Positions 50,430 through 64,000 of a stretch of DNA of 64,000 nt are shown here, one piece after another. A program made the position numbers and the translations under genes. Origin of the DNA: Eledone cirrhosa (lineage: Eukaryota); NCBI GenBank assembly GCA_964016885.1, contig OZ024740.1, positions 184,512,001-184,576,000 on the forward strand. Direction: 5' to 3'. Under the pieces are notes generated by a model. That model was not told where the DNA came from, ran no database searches, and saw nothing but the letters and a program-made list of their open reading frames with translations. Position 1 is the first letter of the stretch; every line of letters begins with the position of its first letter.

Positions 50430-52150
50430 TCCATGTAGCAACCCACAAAAATGCATTTACATTGACAATATTTTCTTTAATTGAAATTATAATTAGGATG
50501 TTAAATCTAGCATCGTATGGGCAAAAATCTGTGATCATTCTCCAATCTTCTTAGTAATAAGAGATATCCAGTGCAGCCCTAAAACTTTATCGAAGAATGT
50601 ACTAGTTAAAAAGAGGATATTCACACAAGGAAATTTAAATCGTTTCAACAACAAGCTCAAAGAATGTAATTAGACGTCTGTTATCAGCATTTGAAGAATG
50701 CATTCCCTTATCTGAATATGAATGAATCACTTGGATATGACTTCTTGAGCACAAAGATTGTTAAAATAGCATATGGATCAATAAACATCCCATTACTACC
50801 TAATACTTCATTTGCATCTGGAGTATTTCCGAATAAAATGAAAATAGCAAAAGTTATGTGTGTTTTTTAATCAGTAGCAAAGACAGAAGCTGATAATTAC
50901 CAGCCAATATCACTTTTACCAGTCTTCGTCAAATTTCTGGACGGACTCATGTACTCTCGTCTTTACAATTTCTTTAATAATAATCAATTTTATTCTAAAC
51001 AGTTTGGATTTCAAAAGAATTCCGGTGTAGACTATAGGCTGAGAGAACTCATTAAGGGTATCATATCATGACAGCTATGTCAAATAAACATATTACACTT
51101 GAAGTTTTCATCGACCCCAGTAAAGCTTTTGACACTGTTTATAATAGAATACAAATAAAAACTTTAAAATTATGGAGTAACTGGGAAAGAACTATTATGG
51201 TTTGAAAGTTACTTAGGCAATAGATACCAGTTTGTGTAAATTGATGACACTGAATCTGAGTACAAACCAATATCTTGTGGGGTCCTCAAGTCTCAATATT
51301 AGGTCCCCTCTTTTTTCTTATATATTTCAAAGATATGCACCATGCAGTTCCACTTCTAAATGTTATCATGTTTGCCGATGAGACAAATTATTTCTTAGTT
51401 GGTAAAGACTACCACACATTATTCAAAGAAATTAACAACCAATTACCCCTCATAAGTGACTGATATTCAGAAAATAATCTTTCTCTCAACATAGATAAAA
51501 CTACATACACTCTTCTCTGTTCATCAGTACATGGTGGCAATCTACATTTAGAGCCCCCGAAACTTCATTTTGGCTCAAAAGAAGTCAAACGTTTCTGGGA
51601 ATCCTTATTGACAAACATTTGAATTGGAAATTGTACATTCATGCAATAGATTCCAAACTAAAGACTCAAATTGGAATAATCTGTTTTTGACAACAAAGCA
51701 ATGAAAATGTTATATTTTTCATTTGTTAATCCTTATTTAATATACAGTAACCTAACTTGGGCTAGTGTCATTAAGACACAATTAAATAAACTTCATATTT
51801 ACAAAAACCTGCAGTCAGGATTATATCAGAATGCCCCATACTCAGCTTTAAAGCTTAATAATAAAATGCTAAACATTTATAAAATAAATTTGGTTGCTCA
51901 CTTGCAACTAATTTACAAAGATTATCACAATTGTACACTAAAAGAAAAATTTTTAAAGAATATTCACAAATATCCAACGAAGTATTCTAGGGCAACATTC
52001 AAATGTAATAGTTGTGTCATAACAAAATTGAATACATTCAGCTACCCCTATTGTGGACCAGTTGTCGGGAATAATTTTGTGTGCAAAGATGCCACACTTC
52101 CAGACTCAAAAGATGTTAAAACAATATATTAAAAAGATGCTGTTGAGTAA
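50430..52150 (+). mobile_element. Decayed CR1/L2(Crack)-like LINE ORF2
   Basis: IDNIF, DHSPIF, GVFPNKMKIAKV, NYQPISLLP, QFGFQ, D.SKAFDTV, WFESYL, SILGPLFFLIY, MFADET and LYFSFVNPYLIY motifs in broken frames. Confidence 0.85.
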
Positions 52151-52489
52151 TCAACAAACCTGTTTGTGATAAAACAAAAAAACCTATCATTTTTAGTAAC
52201 ATTAAAAATAATATTTCAAAATTTGTAAATAAAAGAAAAAATGACTTTGCAGAAAGTACTCATTTTACAGGCCATCGGGAAAAAGATGATAGTTTTTTTT
52301 ACTACAATCCTTCCTAATGGCCGAATTAGCACATTCTCAATAATGTACCATTTCATTCCATTCCAAAACATTGTTATTCTCTTTTGTGTACATAGTGTAT
52401 CATACTTTTTTTCTTTTATGCACCTTTTTTATATTTTAATTTTATACACTGATATAATGAAATAAATGATAAGAAAAAAAAAGAAAAAA

Positions 52490-52845
52490 TTGGAAAGATG
52501 ATTAGATGGAGCCTACACTCGGATGCTAAGCGTGGCTTTGAATGGCACTTGGAGAAATTGTCTGACCAATGAGCGAATATATGAGAACTTTCATCCAGTG
52601 TCAGACATCATCAAAGAATTAGAGTCAGATTTGCAGGGCATTCCTGGAGAGCTAAAGACAAAATTGTAAGTGAAGTTCTTTTGTAGGAGCCTACACAAGG
52701 AAGAGCTAGCAGAGGATGACAAGCCAAGACTTATATCAAGCAAATTTTTGATGACATAAACTGCAATCCCTCTGACCTGCCGAAAATGATGAACAATAGA
52801 ATTGGATGGCAACAGAGAGTCAAGGGAATCCATGCAAGTAGTGTG
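52490..52845 (+). mobile_element. RTE-group LINE 3' fragment
   Basis: LDGAYTRMLSVALNGTW..TNERIY..RVRFAGHSWR pattern. Confidence 0.7.
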
Positions 52846-53318
52846 ATGTGTTGCAAGCTTGGTTGTTTCAATCACATCCAAGTGCTATGGACTAGTATTA
52901 AATCAAGTGATGTATAAAGTCTATTATCCAAATAGGCCATAATGAGGTTTGAACATAGAAGGCAATGAGCTAAAATTCTTCTGTAAGAAATAATAAAAAT
53001 GCTATTTCAAGTAAAGGAGAAACGAAAGCAAAGAGAGAAGTGGTAGATAAGTACAATATGTGATAGGAGAGAGAAAGTTACAGTAAGCTGTAGAAAAGTA
53101 AATTATATTAATTTAATATATTGGTGGTAGCAGAGTGCATGTGATAGCTGTATAGAATAGTATAAGGAGGTGTGAGGAGTTGACAGATACCTAGAAAAAC
53201 ATTATGAAATGTACAATGAATACTAGTATATATTTCTAAATGTTTCTTTGTATGTATGTCTTTTTCTCTTCCCCCTCATTCATGTTCATGTAACAATCTT
53301 TTGTTCTTGTACTGCTAT

Positions 53319-53611
53319 CAGGGCCAGCACTATCATATAGGCAGAAAAGGCAGCTGCCTAGAGCGCTGATTTCAGGTGGCACATTTCTCCGAATCAACAA
53401 CAATTTTGAAAAGTAGATAGATAAATAAATTCCAGTTTTATTTAAGGTTGTTTTTCTTCCTGGTTTATTCCATGCACGGACAAATAAATGTTGAAAATAT
53501 TTTAAACATTTATTGTTTATAAATTTTGAAATTGATATTTTGCTGAGGTGGAGGAGAGAGCACCAGAATCTAACCTTGCCTAGGGTACCAGATAATCTGG
53601 TATCAGCCCTG
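53319..53611. mobile_element. Non-autonomous hAT-like MITE
   Basis: Termini CAGGGCCAG / TCAGCCCTG; flanks ACTGCTAT (53311) and AGTGCTAC (53612) fit a decayed 8-bp TSD (6/8). Confidence 0.7.
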
Positions 53612-55605
53612 AGTGCTACCTCACTTCACACTCTGTTAGATTCATTCTAGATTAATGATGTGTGCTCACCTTGATAGCACCTCAGTAATAATGAGGCCTA
53701 GCATTCGGATTGAATGTGGGGTTGTAATTGCATACTGTTCATGTTTAAAGGTGGTGATGTACAGTAATGTTTTAGTTCCACACATATACAATCAACAAAG
53801 TAAATGAACAATAGCAACAAAAATGAATCAGATCTTTCCCTGATTTTGGTTCTGTTATTTGATTGGTTTGTGGTCATATTGGTGCAGCATATTAAAGAGT
53901 TTTGATCATCATATTGATTCCAGTATTTATTTCAGACCATTACTTAATTGATCAATCTCTAATTGCATTGGGGCATTAAGATCGTATGCTTTTTAGGTAT
54001 TCCCAGGGCCTCCCAGAGAAATTTACAAGATGGTACAAGACCCCTTCAGTTCTTGAAGTAGGCAAAGATTTTTCTCAAAATGGATGATGCATGGATGCTG
54101 TGGGCCCTTCCTAGCTCACAGGCCTGGGTATTTCTTTTAACATCAAAATAACAGGTAAAATGAAACATATTTGTGTCATTTTTACCAGTTATTTTGATGT
54201 ATTCTGTATTGTGAATAGAAATACACAAAAATCATAAGATCTCAGAATGAGAGATATAGGGTGAAAGAAGGAATGGGTGATTGAATGAGGTGTAAGATTA
54301 AACAAGGTCAACAAAAGTTGAAAATGGAAGACACATAGTGAACAAACTCTTCTGTGTAAATAAAATATATTAAAATGTGTACAATGAAAATTATTGCTGA
54401 ATGAAATAATTAGGAAAGGATCTGACGTTTCAGGTTAAACACTTTATCAAAGCAGATTAAAAGAAGAAAAGGAATATAAATGAAAGGAGCAAAGTTGTCG
54501 AATTGTACTAAGTTAAATAAAGCTCATCTGCTTCTGTCGACAACATCCTGTGAAAAGCAAAAAATTATGTACAATAATTTTTGCATACATATCTTTATTT
54601 TTATGCATAACAATGTTTCCTATTTCAAGAGTTAATACAAATTCAGTCTGTGATATTCAATATAGCAATTGAATAACTGCTGACTATCTTTTTCACACTT
54701 GACATATCCACAGAGTTCTTTCCTAAACCTTTTACATGACACAGTATCTTCTCTTATTCTTAAAGCTTTATTTCCAGTATTATCTATTTATATATATATA
54801 CTCACATAGTTCTGTATATGTATATATAATGTGTGTGTGTATATATATATATATGTACATATACATACATATATACATAGATGTATGTGTGTATATATAT
54901 ATATATATGATATGGAAGTATATGTATATGCACACACAAACACATGTGCAAGTGTGCAATTGTTTTCTGTTTGCTTTATTTTTTCCTTCTTTTATTCTCC
55001 TTTATATTTTGCTTGATCACTATCATGTTACATTTATCTTGACTTTGACTTAAGAAATATCTATGCAACAGATTGTATTTATATCTTAACAGTTTCTTTT
55101 AGCTTTGCCCTCAACATTTCTTTTATTTTGTTCTGTCTTCTCAGCTTTGTCAAGATTTGATTGATAATAACTGAAGATCGTGTTTTATTAAAAATAACCC
55201 CATTTCTTTTTCCCTATAAAAAATAATATTCTTCTACATTTTTTCATTCACATCTTCTTTGTTTCTTTAGAGATTTTTAGAATTTGTTTATTAGAAAAAA
55301 TATATACACATGCAATGCTTTTTCATGCTGTTGGTTCTTCAACTCTTAATCTAGTCTTAGGGGCGTTGTTGTGACATAAAACTTGGGCATCAGAGCTTAG
55401 TAAATCCCATCTCAATCCAGGTTTGACCATAGAGAATATTTTTCAGAGATGGAGAAAGAGAAGAATGTCCCAGATTCTGGACAAGTACTTTATTTATCCA
55501 TGTCCATATGATTTGAATTCAAAACACAGAGCTGGAACGAATACTGTAAAACATTCTATTTGTTCCTCTAATCTTTTTCTTCAAGTATGACATATGCACG
55601 GTGGT

Positions 55606-55638
<33 letters not shown>

Positions 55639-56929
55639 TAGTGAGTCAAACTAAGGTATCATTTGTTGTATTATGGATTGCCTTCAGCTTGCTGGGGAAA
55701 TATCTAAGGGGGAAATCCTAAAACAATATGCAGCACTGTCAGGTCAGGGTCCCCACAGACACATACTGGGTAGTCTTTCATTTTCCATCGATTGAGATGA
55801 TAGGCTGTCCTGGCATGTGATTTGCAAATCCAATTGAGGGACACTTATTGCTTTCTAGGAAGGTTAAAGCTGACGGTTTTAGATGTGGGGTTTGGGACAA
55901 GGTCTTGTTTGGCAAATTTAGACTCAGTCTATGAGTTTCCCCACTCTTCCTTCAGATCAAAGTGATTATTTTGGAAGATCTTCATTGATTCCCAGAACGC
56001 TTTGCATGATTTCAAGCACATGTTGGGAAGGTTTCATGGCAGGGATGGCCAAGTTTGGAGTTGGTAAGAAATGCTACCTCACAGATGATCTCCTGGCACA
56101 GCTTGTGAGAAAGAGTTATATGGTTCTGTTAATTTGGTCCCTTATAAATGCATTTTATCATTTACTGTTTAGCAGAATGTAAGTCCCAACTCAGTAGACC
56201 TATGCTCACATATATTATGGCTATGCCCATCACGTTATTTGACCTATCTGCAGAGAACAAACCCAAGATATCAATTGATTGACTTGATCCCAAACCTCAT
56301 TTGCTTACTGAGTAGAGAGAAACTTTTCAAATTAGACCAAGGAAACAATGTTTTCATTGCTGGTACTACCGTCATCATCATCATCGTTTTTATGTCTGCT
56401 TTTCCACTCTTGCATTGGTTGGATGATTTCTTTTCAGCACAGCATCTCCCCACTCACTGTGTTCCTTTATCATCTTCTCTGAGAATCTCAGTGATTTGAG
56501 ATCAGCTGTCAGCATTATCTACATAACAAAATATTTTAAAATGTATTTGGTGTGTCCTGGTACAAGTTCTCTTCTCAAAACATCCAATACAATATTTTTA
56601 AAACTAATTCTCACGTTCCTTGCTTTTTCTCTTTTATCAATCTTTGGCAAATTTAATAATTGTGACATGGAATTAATAAATTCTTCATAGTTTTCACTAA
56701 TGAAGCATAATTATGCAGAAAGAAAGAAATGTATGCAAATATTAGAGGACTATATATTAGAAGAATAATTATTATAGCTGAAGTGTAATTGAATTTGAAT
56801 ATATATTAAATGAAAAATTAGTATGGTGTGCCTTAGTTATTAATGAGGAAATAGATCATACACCAATGTCTGGCTCTTGCAAAGAAATGAAAACAACCAA
56901 TAAGAATGAAGCTTACAGAGACACATGCA

Positions 56930-57530
56930 TACCATGGACATTAAAACCCCAAACGTTATAACTGGCACAGGACATTTCCTCATCAACAGTAATATTACCA
57001 CCTCTACCTGAAACATAAACTGGGAGGCAGAGGCTTAACATCAATTCAAACAGCATTTGTGTATTACATCATATGCCTCTGCCAGCATCTGTGAACCACC
57101 ATGTATAAAAGTAAGTCTACAGAACACGTCTGATTACATGAGGCAGATAACATCACAAGAGTTGGGAAGAATCTCCTTAAAAAAATATTCCCTGCATGAT
57201 AACCAAAAACTCATGCTCAGGGAAATTGCACAGCAACACAGTAATGAATCGATAGAGGAAAAGCTGCATGCTTATCAGCAAGTAACTATGTATGACTATG
57301 TTGCCAGGAAGCTTCAAAGTGAGAATAATATAGATAAGCAAAGTAATTTATCTGGGACCAACAACCAGTATATTGGCTCTTACTTTGAAGGATATGCCTT
57401 TGCACTCCATGAAAAAGAAATAACAACAAAATACCCGATGCATAAAAGAGATAGGGATGCAAGCAAACACCTAAATGTGAGAACAGATGCAGACACTGAA
57501 GATGTCATTACCAATGAATGAGTCTTCTTT
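56930..57530 (+). mobile_element. Old RLE-type non-LTR RT thumb/linker fragment (explains ORF 57057-57521)
   Basis: DIKT..TGTGHF..NS..LYLKHKLGGRGL upstream, then EGYAFALHEKEITTKY (cf. EGMLMAAQEQALKTKW in 22181-25573). Confidence 0.7.
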
Positions 57531-60500
57531 CTTTCTTATATATATAAATATATATATGTATGTGTGTATACTAAATGTAATTTTCTCTTACACACATGCT
57601 GAATAGCATATTAATATATGTGAAAAAACTGCATATATTGTTGATGATCTTATTATTTTTAGTGATACTGTTAATGTTTTGATTGTTGTAAGTTACTCGG
57701 TAGGTTTATGGCATATAAGTCACAAACCGAAGAATTCTTTCATTTGTATTTTAGCTGTTGCCATTATTGTAAGACCAGCTGTCCCAAATAGGACTAATTT
57801 TATTCAAAAGAAATACATCATGATCTTCTCATTAAGTTATAATTTGTGTAAAAATAAACTATTGTGTTTCAAAGCATATTGTGTATCATTTAAAGTATAC
57901 ATTTGCACTAATAGGATTCATAGTTCAATGGTATATTTTTATTTGTTTTGTTTCTTTTTTTTTTTTTGCAGACAGAAATTTTGTATCTTTAATCAACATT
58001 GACAAGAAATACTTTCCCATGATATTTTATAGGAGTTCAAATTTGGAAGAATTGCTGCTGAAAATGGAAGGAATATGATATTAAGGAAATTTAGCCAGGC
58101 ATTAGTTACTAGCTGTGTAATTTAGTAATGGTTCCAAAATTTTCTATGTAAAGATGAGAATCTTAAAGTCCAAGAAGGCCAAGGAAGAATATTTTTCTTT
58201 AAAGACAGTAAATTAATAGAAACTGTTGAAGTAACTTTCTGCGGTAAAGTATGTCATCTTTCAGAAAAGATGCTATGTCATGCATTGCTAACCATTTATA
58301 TGCATGTGTGAAGAAAGAAAGTGTGTACAATGGAGTTCAATATATTTTGAACATATGAAGGTGGAATTGGAATCAATACATTCAAAAAGAAATAACCTAG
58401 TCAACATCATCCTTCTCATCATACATTTAATATTTATTTTCCCTGCTAACAAGGGTTAGATGGGGAATCGCAGACCAAGTCAGTACTTAATTGAAGTAAC
58501 TTACCTCTAAAGACAGGCCAAGACTCCCATCGTCTTTATTGTATGTATCTGCTCTCTACAGAGGGAGGTTGTCATGTCTCGGGCACATTTGATGAGTCAT
58601 CTTGAACTTTTGCTTGGCAGGTTTTCTATGACTCAATACTTTTCCTATCACCAACTAATTTACAGAGTGTACTGGGTGTGTTTATCATGTAGATCACCTT
58701 TTAATTCATTTTTGGCATAGTTTCTACATCTAGGAGCCCTTGCTAACATGAACCAATTTACAGTCTGTTGTGCTTGTTGTGCTTTTATTGTGGCACCAGC
58801 ACTAGGGAGGTTGTTAATCATAGAATCAACGGAAAAGGCCTTCCTATGATATGGGGATGGTAAAAAGGGTGATATGTATATCATTGGTAAGTGGCAAATG
58901 GTAGGGATGTGATAGAATGACCAGTTAACTGTTAGGGTTCATCTGGTGATGTGGGGTAGGCAGGGGGTAGAAAGTGTATGACCGGTGTGCTGAGGTTTAA
59001 CAGTGTGACGGGAGGTGATCTTGCCTAGAGTGGGGTTCAGGATGTACAACGATGGGGAGAGTAGGAAAGCTGTCAAGCCATATTTTTATATTCAATGTTG
59101 GTATCACACCATACAGCCATCACCAAATTGCATTTTGTATTTTACAAGAAAGATAAAATAAGCACTAGACAACCAGTCCTGGTTGAGTTGGTTATATGAT
59201 CAAAGGCAGTTTAAGTAATGAGAAACATTTTCTTCTGTTAGATATTGTGTATCAGGAAATATATTATCTACTCAGAACTTTTTTTAACAAGTGTGTAATT
59301 TGATATAGCAGGTCATATGAGCATGTAGAGAATTCTTCAGAGAACTGCAGTCAGCATCACATTTTACATATTCCTGAAACTTGTAGAAACTAATGAAAGA
59401 TAATCATAAAGGTTAAGAATTGAATGATAAGGCATACGGACATTATATGCCAGAACAATCAATTTCAGTTCTTCATAGCACACATAATCTTCTGCTTGTT
59501 CGTTTATATAAGTGTTAAGTATAATTATTCTCAAACCGAATGCATTGGAAACTGACTTTCTAATTCATTCTCCAGACAAATATACATATAGATAAATGTC
59601 TAAACACACACATACATATATACGTTATAAAGTTATATCATTATATATACAGAGTGGGTAACCAAAACTGCACCAATGTGTATATAAACATATGCACATG
59701 TTTAATATGTAAGTATGTAAATATGCCAGAAAATACGAATTCCCTGTAAATTGAAAAAATGATAAACATCTTTAATAAATTTTTGGAGTGTTTGGACTCA
59801 TCATATGGCATGTATATCATCCAAGAAGACAAACACTTGATGGGCTTGCATACACATTCACTCTTAGTAGTAGACTGAAATGGACATACTAATTTGCAAA
59901 TGATTAGTTCTCATGTGGGTAGTTAATTAAGATATATGTCAAGAAGTGTGCTAGGGTAATTAAAACTGCACCAATATGTATGATAATATACACATATGTA
60001 TATATGATATATATATATATATATTATATATAGATGTCTCCATTCTACCCCATCTGAATATTTACCTGTGCTCTCAGAATTTACTTATGCACCCCTTCAT
60101 AGAGAGCATCTCACACACAGGTTGATAGCCAAGGTCCAAATAGAACCAAATCATTCACTCCATATATGACTAAGGATTCTTAGCTACTAGACCTACACCA
60201 CTCCATGTCATGCTACCATTTTGAAGCTGTGAAACTCAAATTTCAACATGCTTCAGATGTGGAGAGCTAGCTGGCAACATACATCTTGACTTGTCCAACT
60301 AAATGTCAACATCAATACAGCCCTCCTCTCAGGTGCAAACCTCTCTAAGAGGGACTGGGTGTCCTTGAATTGGTTATGTAGATGTTTCATCCAATGCAGC
60401 TTTGCACCACTGGGGGTTGCAGCCATCAGCAGCTTGCCAGTAAAGCTCACAGAACACATACTGAGTGCCCGGATATCTGTATCTGAACAGATGAGAGTGT

Positions 60501-60587
60501 GGACCTCATACACCCTAATTCCACAACCATAGGGTGGTTGTAGTGCCTGGAGGATGTCCCATGATTGCTGTTCTATGATGTATATAT

Positions 60588-61107
60588 ATCATCATCATCA
60601 CCGTTTTACGTCCGTTCTTCCACGCTAGCATAGGTTAGACGGGTTGTCCTGTTGTGGGCAGTAGCCAGTCGGCTGACCATGCCTTGCTCATACGGGAACT
60701 GATTCTGGCTTGATTTCTACAGCTGGATGCCCTTCCTAACACCAACCTCATTTACAGTGAGTGCTGGGTGCTTTTTTTTCCATGGCGCCTACATGTCCAC
60801 TTTACAGTGTGGGCTGGGTGCTTTTTTGCCGTAGCACCTCCACAACAGCTTTGCAGTGGGAGTGTGTGGGGGCATATTGTCTATATGCTTCAGCTTCGGC
60901 TTGTACTCATGGGGAGTCGGGTCTTCTGTATTACTACATGACGCCATAGGTCACGGTCATGTGTTATCACCTCATCCCAGGTCTTTCCATTGACTTCTAG
61001 TGCTCTGCACCTTTTTATGCAGCTGTCATCCTTCATACGCATCACATGTCCATACCAACGTAACCTCCTCTCCTGCACACAGCATTTGATTCCTCTTATG
61101 CTCAGTC
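60588..61107 (-). mobile_element. RTE LINE 3' fragment (same subfamily as 13697-14250)
   Basis: ERRLRWYGHVMRMKDDSCIKRCRALEV plus matching UTR and (ATG)n tail. Confidence 0.9.
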
Positions 61108-61260
61108 AGTCGGTCTCTCATTTCGTTTAGAAGATCACTACTTTAAAACTCATAGCGAATGGTCTTCTAAATGCTTTTTAATTAAACATATGGTATATTG
61201 CCAAATATACTATACATACATTCATGTATACATCACTATTTCAGAGCACCAATACTAATA

Positions 61261-61325
<65 letters not shown>

Positions 61326-61479
61326 ATAAATGTAGCAAAACAAAACACAAAGATGCCAAAATTTGCAGTCATATTAGGTTCACACTCACAATATATATAT
61401 ATGTACATTCTATATATATATAAAGAACCTATTCCACACTATAAAATGACTGTTAGTGACACAAAAATGCTTGGCCTAC

Positions 61480-62035
61480 CGTGTAATGTGGTCGTTTCAG
61501 TACACACTGTAAATGTAGTTGGCATTATGAAGGGCATCCATAGAAACTAAGTCAAAATAAGTTCTGTATGAGCAACACACCCTCATCTGATCTGGCTTTC
61601 TCATAATTGGACATCTCGTCTAACCTATGCTAGAGAGAAAAAATGGACCTTAAAAGGTGATGATGATGATATATATTTACGGTGTGTGTGTACTGGGTGC
61701 TTTTTGTCATGACTCCTACATGACCACTTTACTGTCTGGGTTGGGTGCTTTCAGTCATGACACCTACATGACCACCTTACAGCAAGGGCTGGGTGCTTTA
61801 TGCCGTGACACCTACACGACCACTTTACAGTGTTGGCTAGATGTTTTATCAGACCAACATAACTGTACAGTGTAAGGGTGGTGTGGGGGTGTATAGAAAG
61901 GGGTATAGTGAATTAAGTGGTTAAGAGGTGCTTGTTGGAAGTATGTTTGACCATGCACAAAGGGAAGCAGGTCTTCTGTATTGCTGCATAAAACAACAGA
62001 TCTCAATCCTGTGCCTGTGCCATTGTCTTTGAGTG
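61480..62035. mobile_element. Two decayed RTE 3' UTR pieces in opposite orientation (61480-61670 +, 61690-62035 -)
   Basis: GAAGGGCATCCATAGAAAC..TGATGATG on +; ~43-bp tandem units GGGTGCTTT..CATGACACCTACATGACCACTTTAC on -. Confidence 0.6.
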
Positions 62036-63569
62036 GTGACATATATACATACATTAAGAATGAAAGATTGAAATTTCAGATTAACATACTTAATATATTT
62101 ATTCACTTTATATTTTAATAGAGGATGGCAAATGTGAAACCATTATTTGTAATTTTTTTTACTCTACATACACAAAGGAAAATTATGTACACACGTATGT
62201 GTGTTGGTGTTTGTAATATATGGAAATATGAATAGGCATATATATTTTGTAAATGTGTTTTTTTTATTACTGATTTCCTGTTTTTATTTTTGTTCTCTAT
62301 ATTTCGGTTGATCTCTACAGGAGATTTTCTCTTTAACAAGATTTCACCTCTTTTTTTTTAACTCTAAACTTTAACAAAACCAGTCAGCTATAGAAAGAAG
62401 TCTCAGGAGTTTGTTGACTCTAAAAACATTGATTTCTACAGTTCAATAAATCTCTAGCCTTTTTTACATTATCAGAATTGTATATAATTATATAGAGATG
62501 TTTTTTTCTTATTTCACACCTTACTTCAATGTTAGTTAGAATTCTATATGGTCAAATGAGTTATTAGAAATAGTAGCCTAATCTCCCTTAATTCACATTC
62601 TAACATCTTATAAAAGCGAGACATATTGGATAATAAGGTATGAAAATTATGCTGAATGGTAACATCTGAAATGCCTTTGATCATAGGAATCTTCAATCAA
62701 GGTTATCCTAGAAAAACTTCATACTGTTTTTAAATTTTTTTTTAATGTTACATCATAACTTATTCCAAAACGCTGGATAGTTCACTATGAATAAATTAAT
62801 TAACCCTCCCGACATAGTAAATAGCATCCAGTCCTTAATATAACATGGTTGGTGTTAGGAAGGGCAGTCAACTGTAGATACCAAGCCAAAATAATACAGA
62901 ATTGTATGAGCATAATGTGGTCTCTGGGCCTGAGTTGTCTCATAATATGACAGACAACCTGTATAATCCATGCAAGCATGGAAAATGCCCATTAAATTAT
63001 GAAGATGACATTATTAGTCCAGATATTGTCATGCAAGTTTGACCTAACTTGTTTAGCTGAGTCTTACATTATAAAGAGCTATGCACTACTAACACATTTC
63101 TGAGCAGCCAAAATATATATAAATATATAAAATAAGTGATATATTTTATTTCTATGTTTACTTGTTTCCACCATTTAACTATTGTTCAAATATGACTATA
63201 TCTTCGATGATATAGTTGATTATATCAAACACAGTTCTTCACTGCAGCTGGTTTTTATCATCCTAGTAAGTATGAGAACCAAGTGGAATATGTAGAGATA
63301 TTCAAGGAATATATTGTGAAATATTTCATTGTTTTTTGCCAATTTGTTAATTTCTTGTGTCATCAGGTAAGTGCATGACCCATAGACGATGTGCAAGAGA
63401 AAATATTAAAACTTAGTTGTGTGTCTGAAATAACAGTAGTGCACTTGCTGAAAAGAAAGCCACATGTATAGGCCATTATGCGAGACTATTGAATAAAGAG
63501 TATCTCCCTTAAGTAGACCATACTGAGAGCTCAATCACGAGTTAGCAGCTGATCTGTAAGTAAAGCAAT

Positions 63570-63825
63570 TATTGGTAAGATAAGAACCAAATCAGTTGGT
63601 CCATCAGGGATAGTTGCTGAGATAAAAGCAGTTTGATATGGTGGGTCGCATGTTAACTGAACATATAGTGAACTGAGGAATACAGGATGGTGCCGTAGCT
63701 AATGACTGCCTCACAGAAAAGTGGATGCACAAGATAAAGAAACTACAGGGGCCTGAAGTTGATGGACCAAGTCATGAAAGTTACTAAAAAAGTTTTAGCA
63801 CAAATTAGGTATAGAATTAGCCCAG
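63570..63825 (+). mobile_element. RTE RT fragment
   Basis: GPSGIVAE..NYRGLKLMDQVMKVTKKVLAQI, homologous to 8830-9080. Confidence 0.75.
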
Positions 63826-64000
63826 AAGTGAGCAGGACGAAATGAACATTGAGAATATGTCAAATGAAGAAGCAGGGTGTTCCTTGTCAGCTAGTACACT
63901 CCTGAACTCCATCCATTGCCCACACCTATTTACTTACAAATGTTATCCCTCTTCCTTGTCTAGTCCATGCTAATGTAGTCCTCCCACACATTAGGATTTC

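Noticed and set aside
55690-56200. Possible Penelope RT N-terminus on the minus strand (PGQPIIS)
   Set aside because: Single short motif; too decayed to call.
57057-57521. 154-aa ORF as a host gene
   Set aside because: It continues from a GGRGL motif and matches the RLE retrotransposon linker, so it is a TE remnant.
59648-59985. Direct repeat GGGTAA..AAAACTGCACCAAT (possible Tc1/mariner end)
   Set aside because: Short, direct rather than inverted, with no supporting coding sequence.

Overview
AT-rich, microsatellite-dense eukaryotic DNA. The repeat inventory most resembles an octopod cephalopod genome; this is inferred from recalled repeat sequences, not from a search. No host protein-coding gene can be supported, and almost all ORF-track entries are microsatellite or antisense artefacts. 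The window is a mosaic of mobile elements: (i) an uninterrupted 1130-aa R4/Dong-like RT + restriction-like endonuclease ORF (22181-25573), plus three related fragments; (ii) a GC-rich, nearly intact Tx1-like ORF2 (34286-38235) with three satellite 3'-tail copies; (iii) several RTE LINE copies and their CORE-type SINE partner; (iv) a second young tRNA-SINE with clear target-site duplications (TSDs); (v) Helitron, Penelope, CR1/L2, Vingi and CRE remnants; and (vi) piggyBac-like and hAT-like MITEs plus a ~900-bp foldback element. The most notable observations are the intact RLE retrotransposon with an apparent (AAT)n preference, microsatellite-targeted Tx1 insertions, a cluster of minimal or extended hammerhead-ribozyme-like motifs around a Penelope GIY-YIG remnant, and a long inverted repeat.
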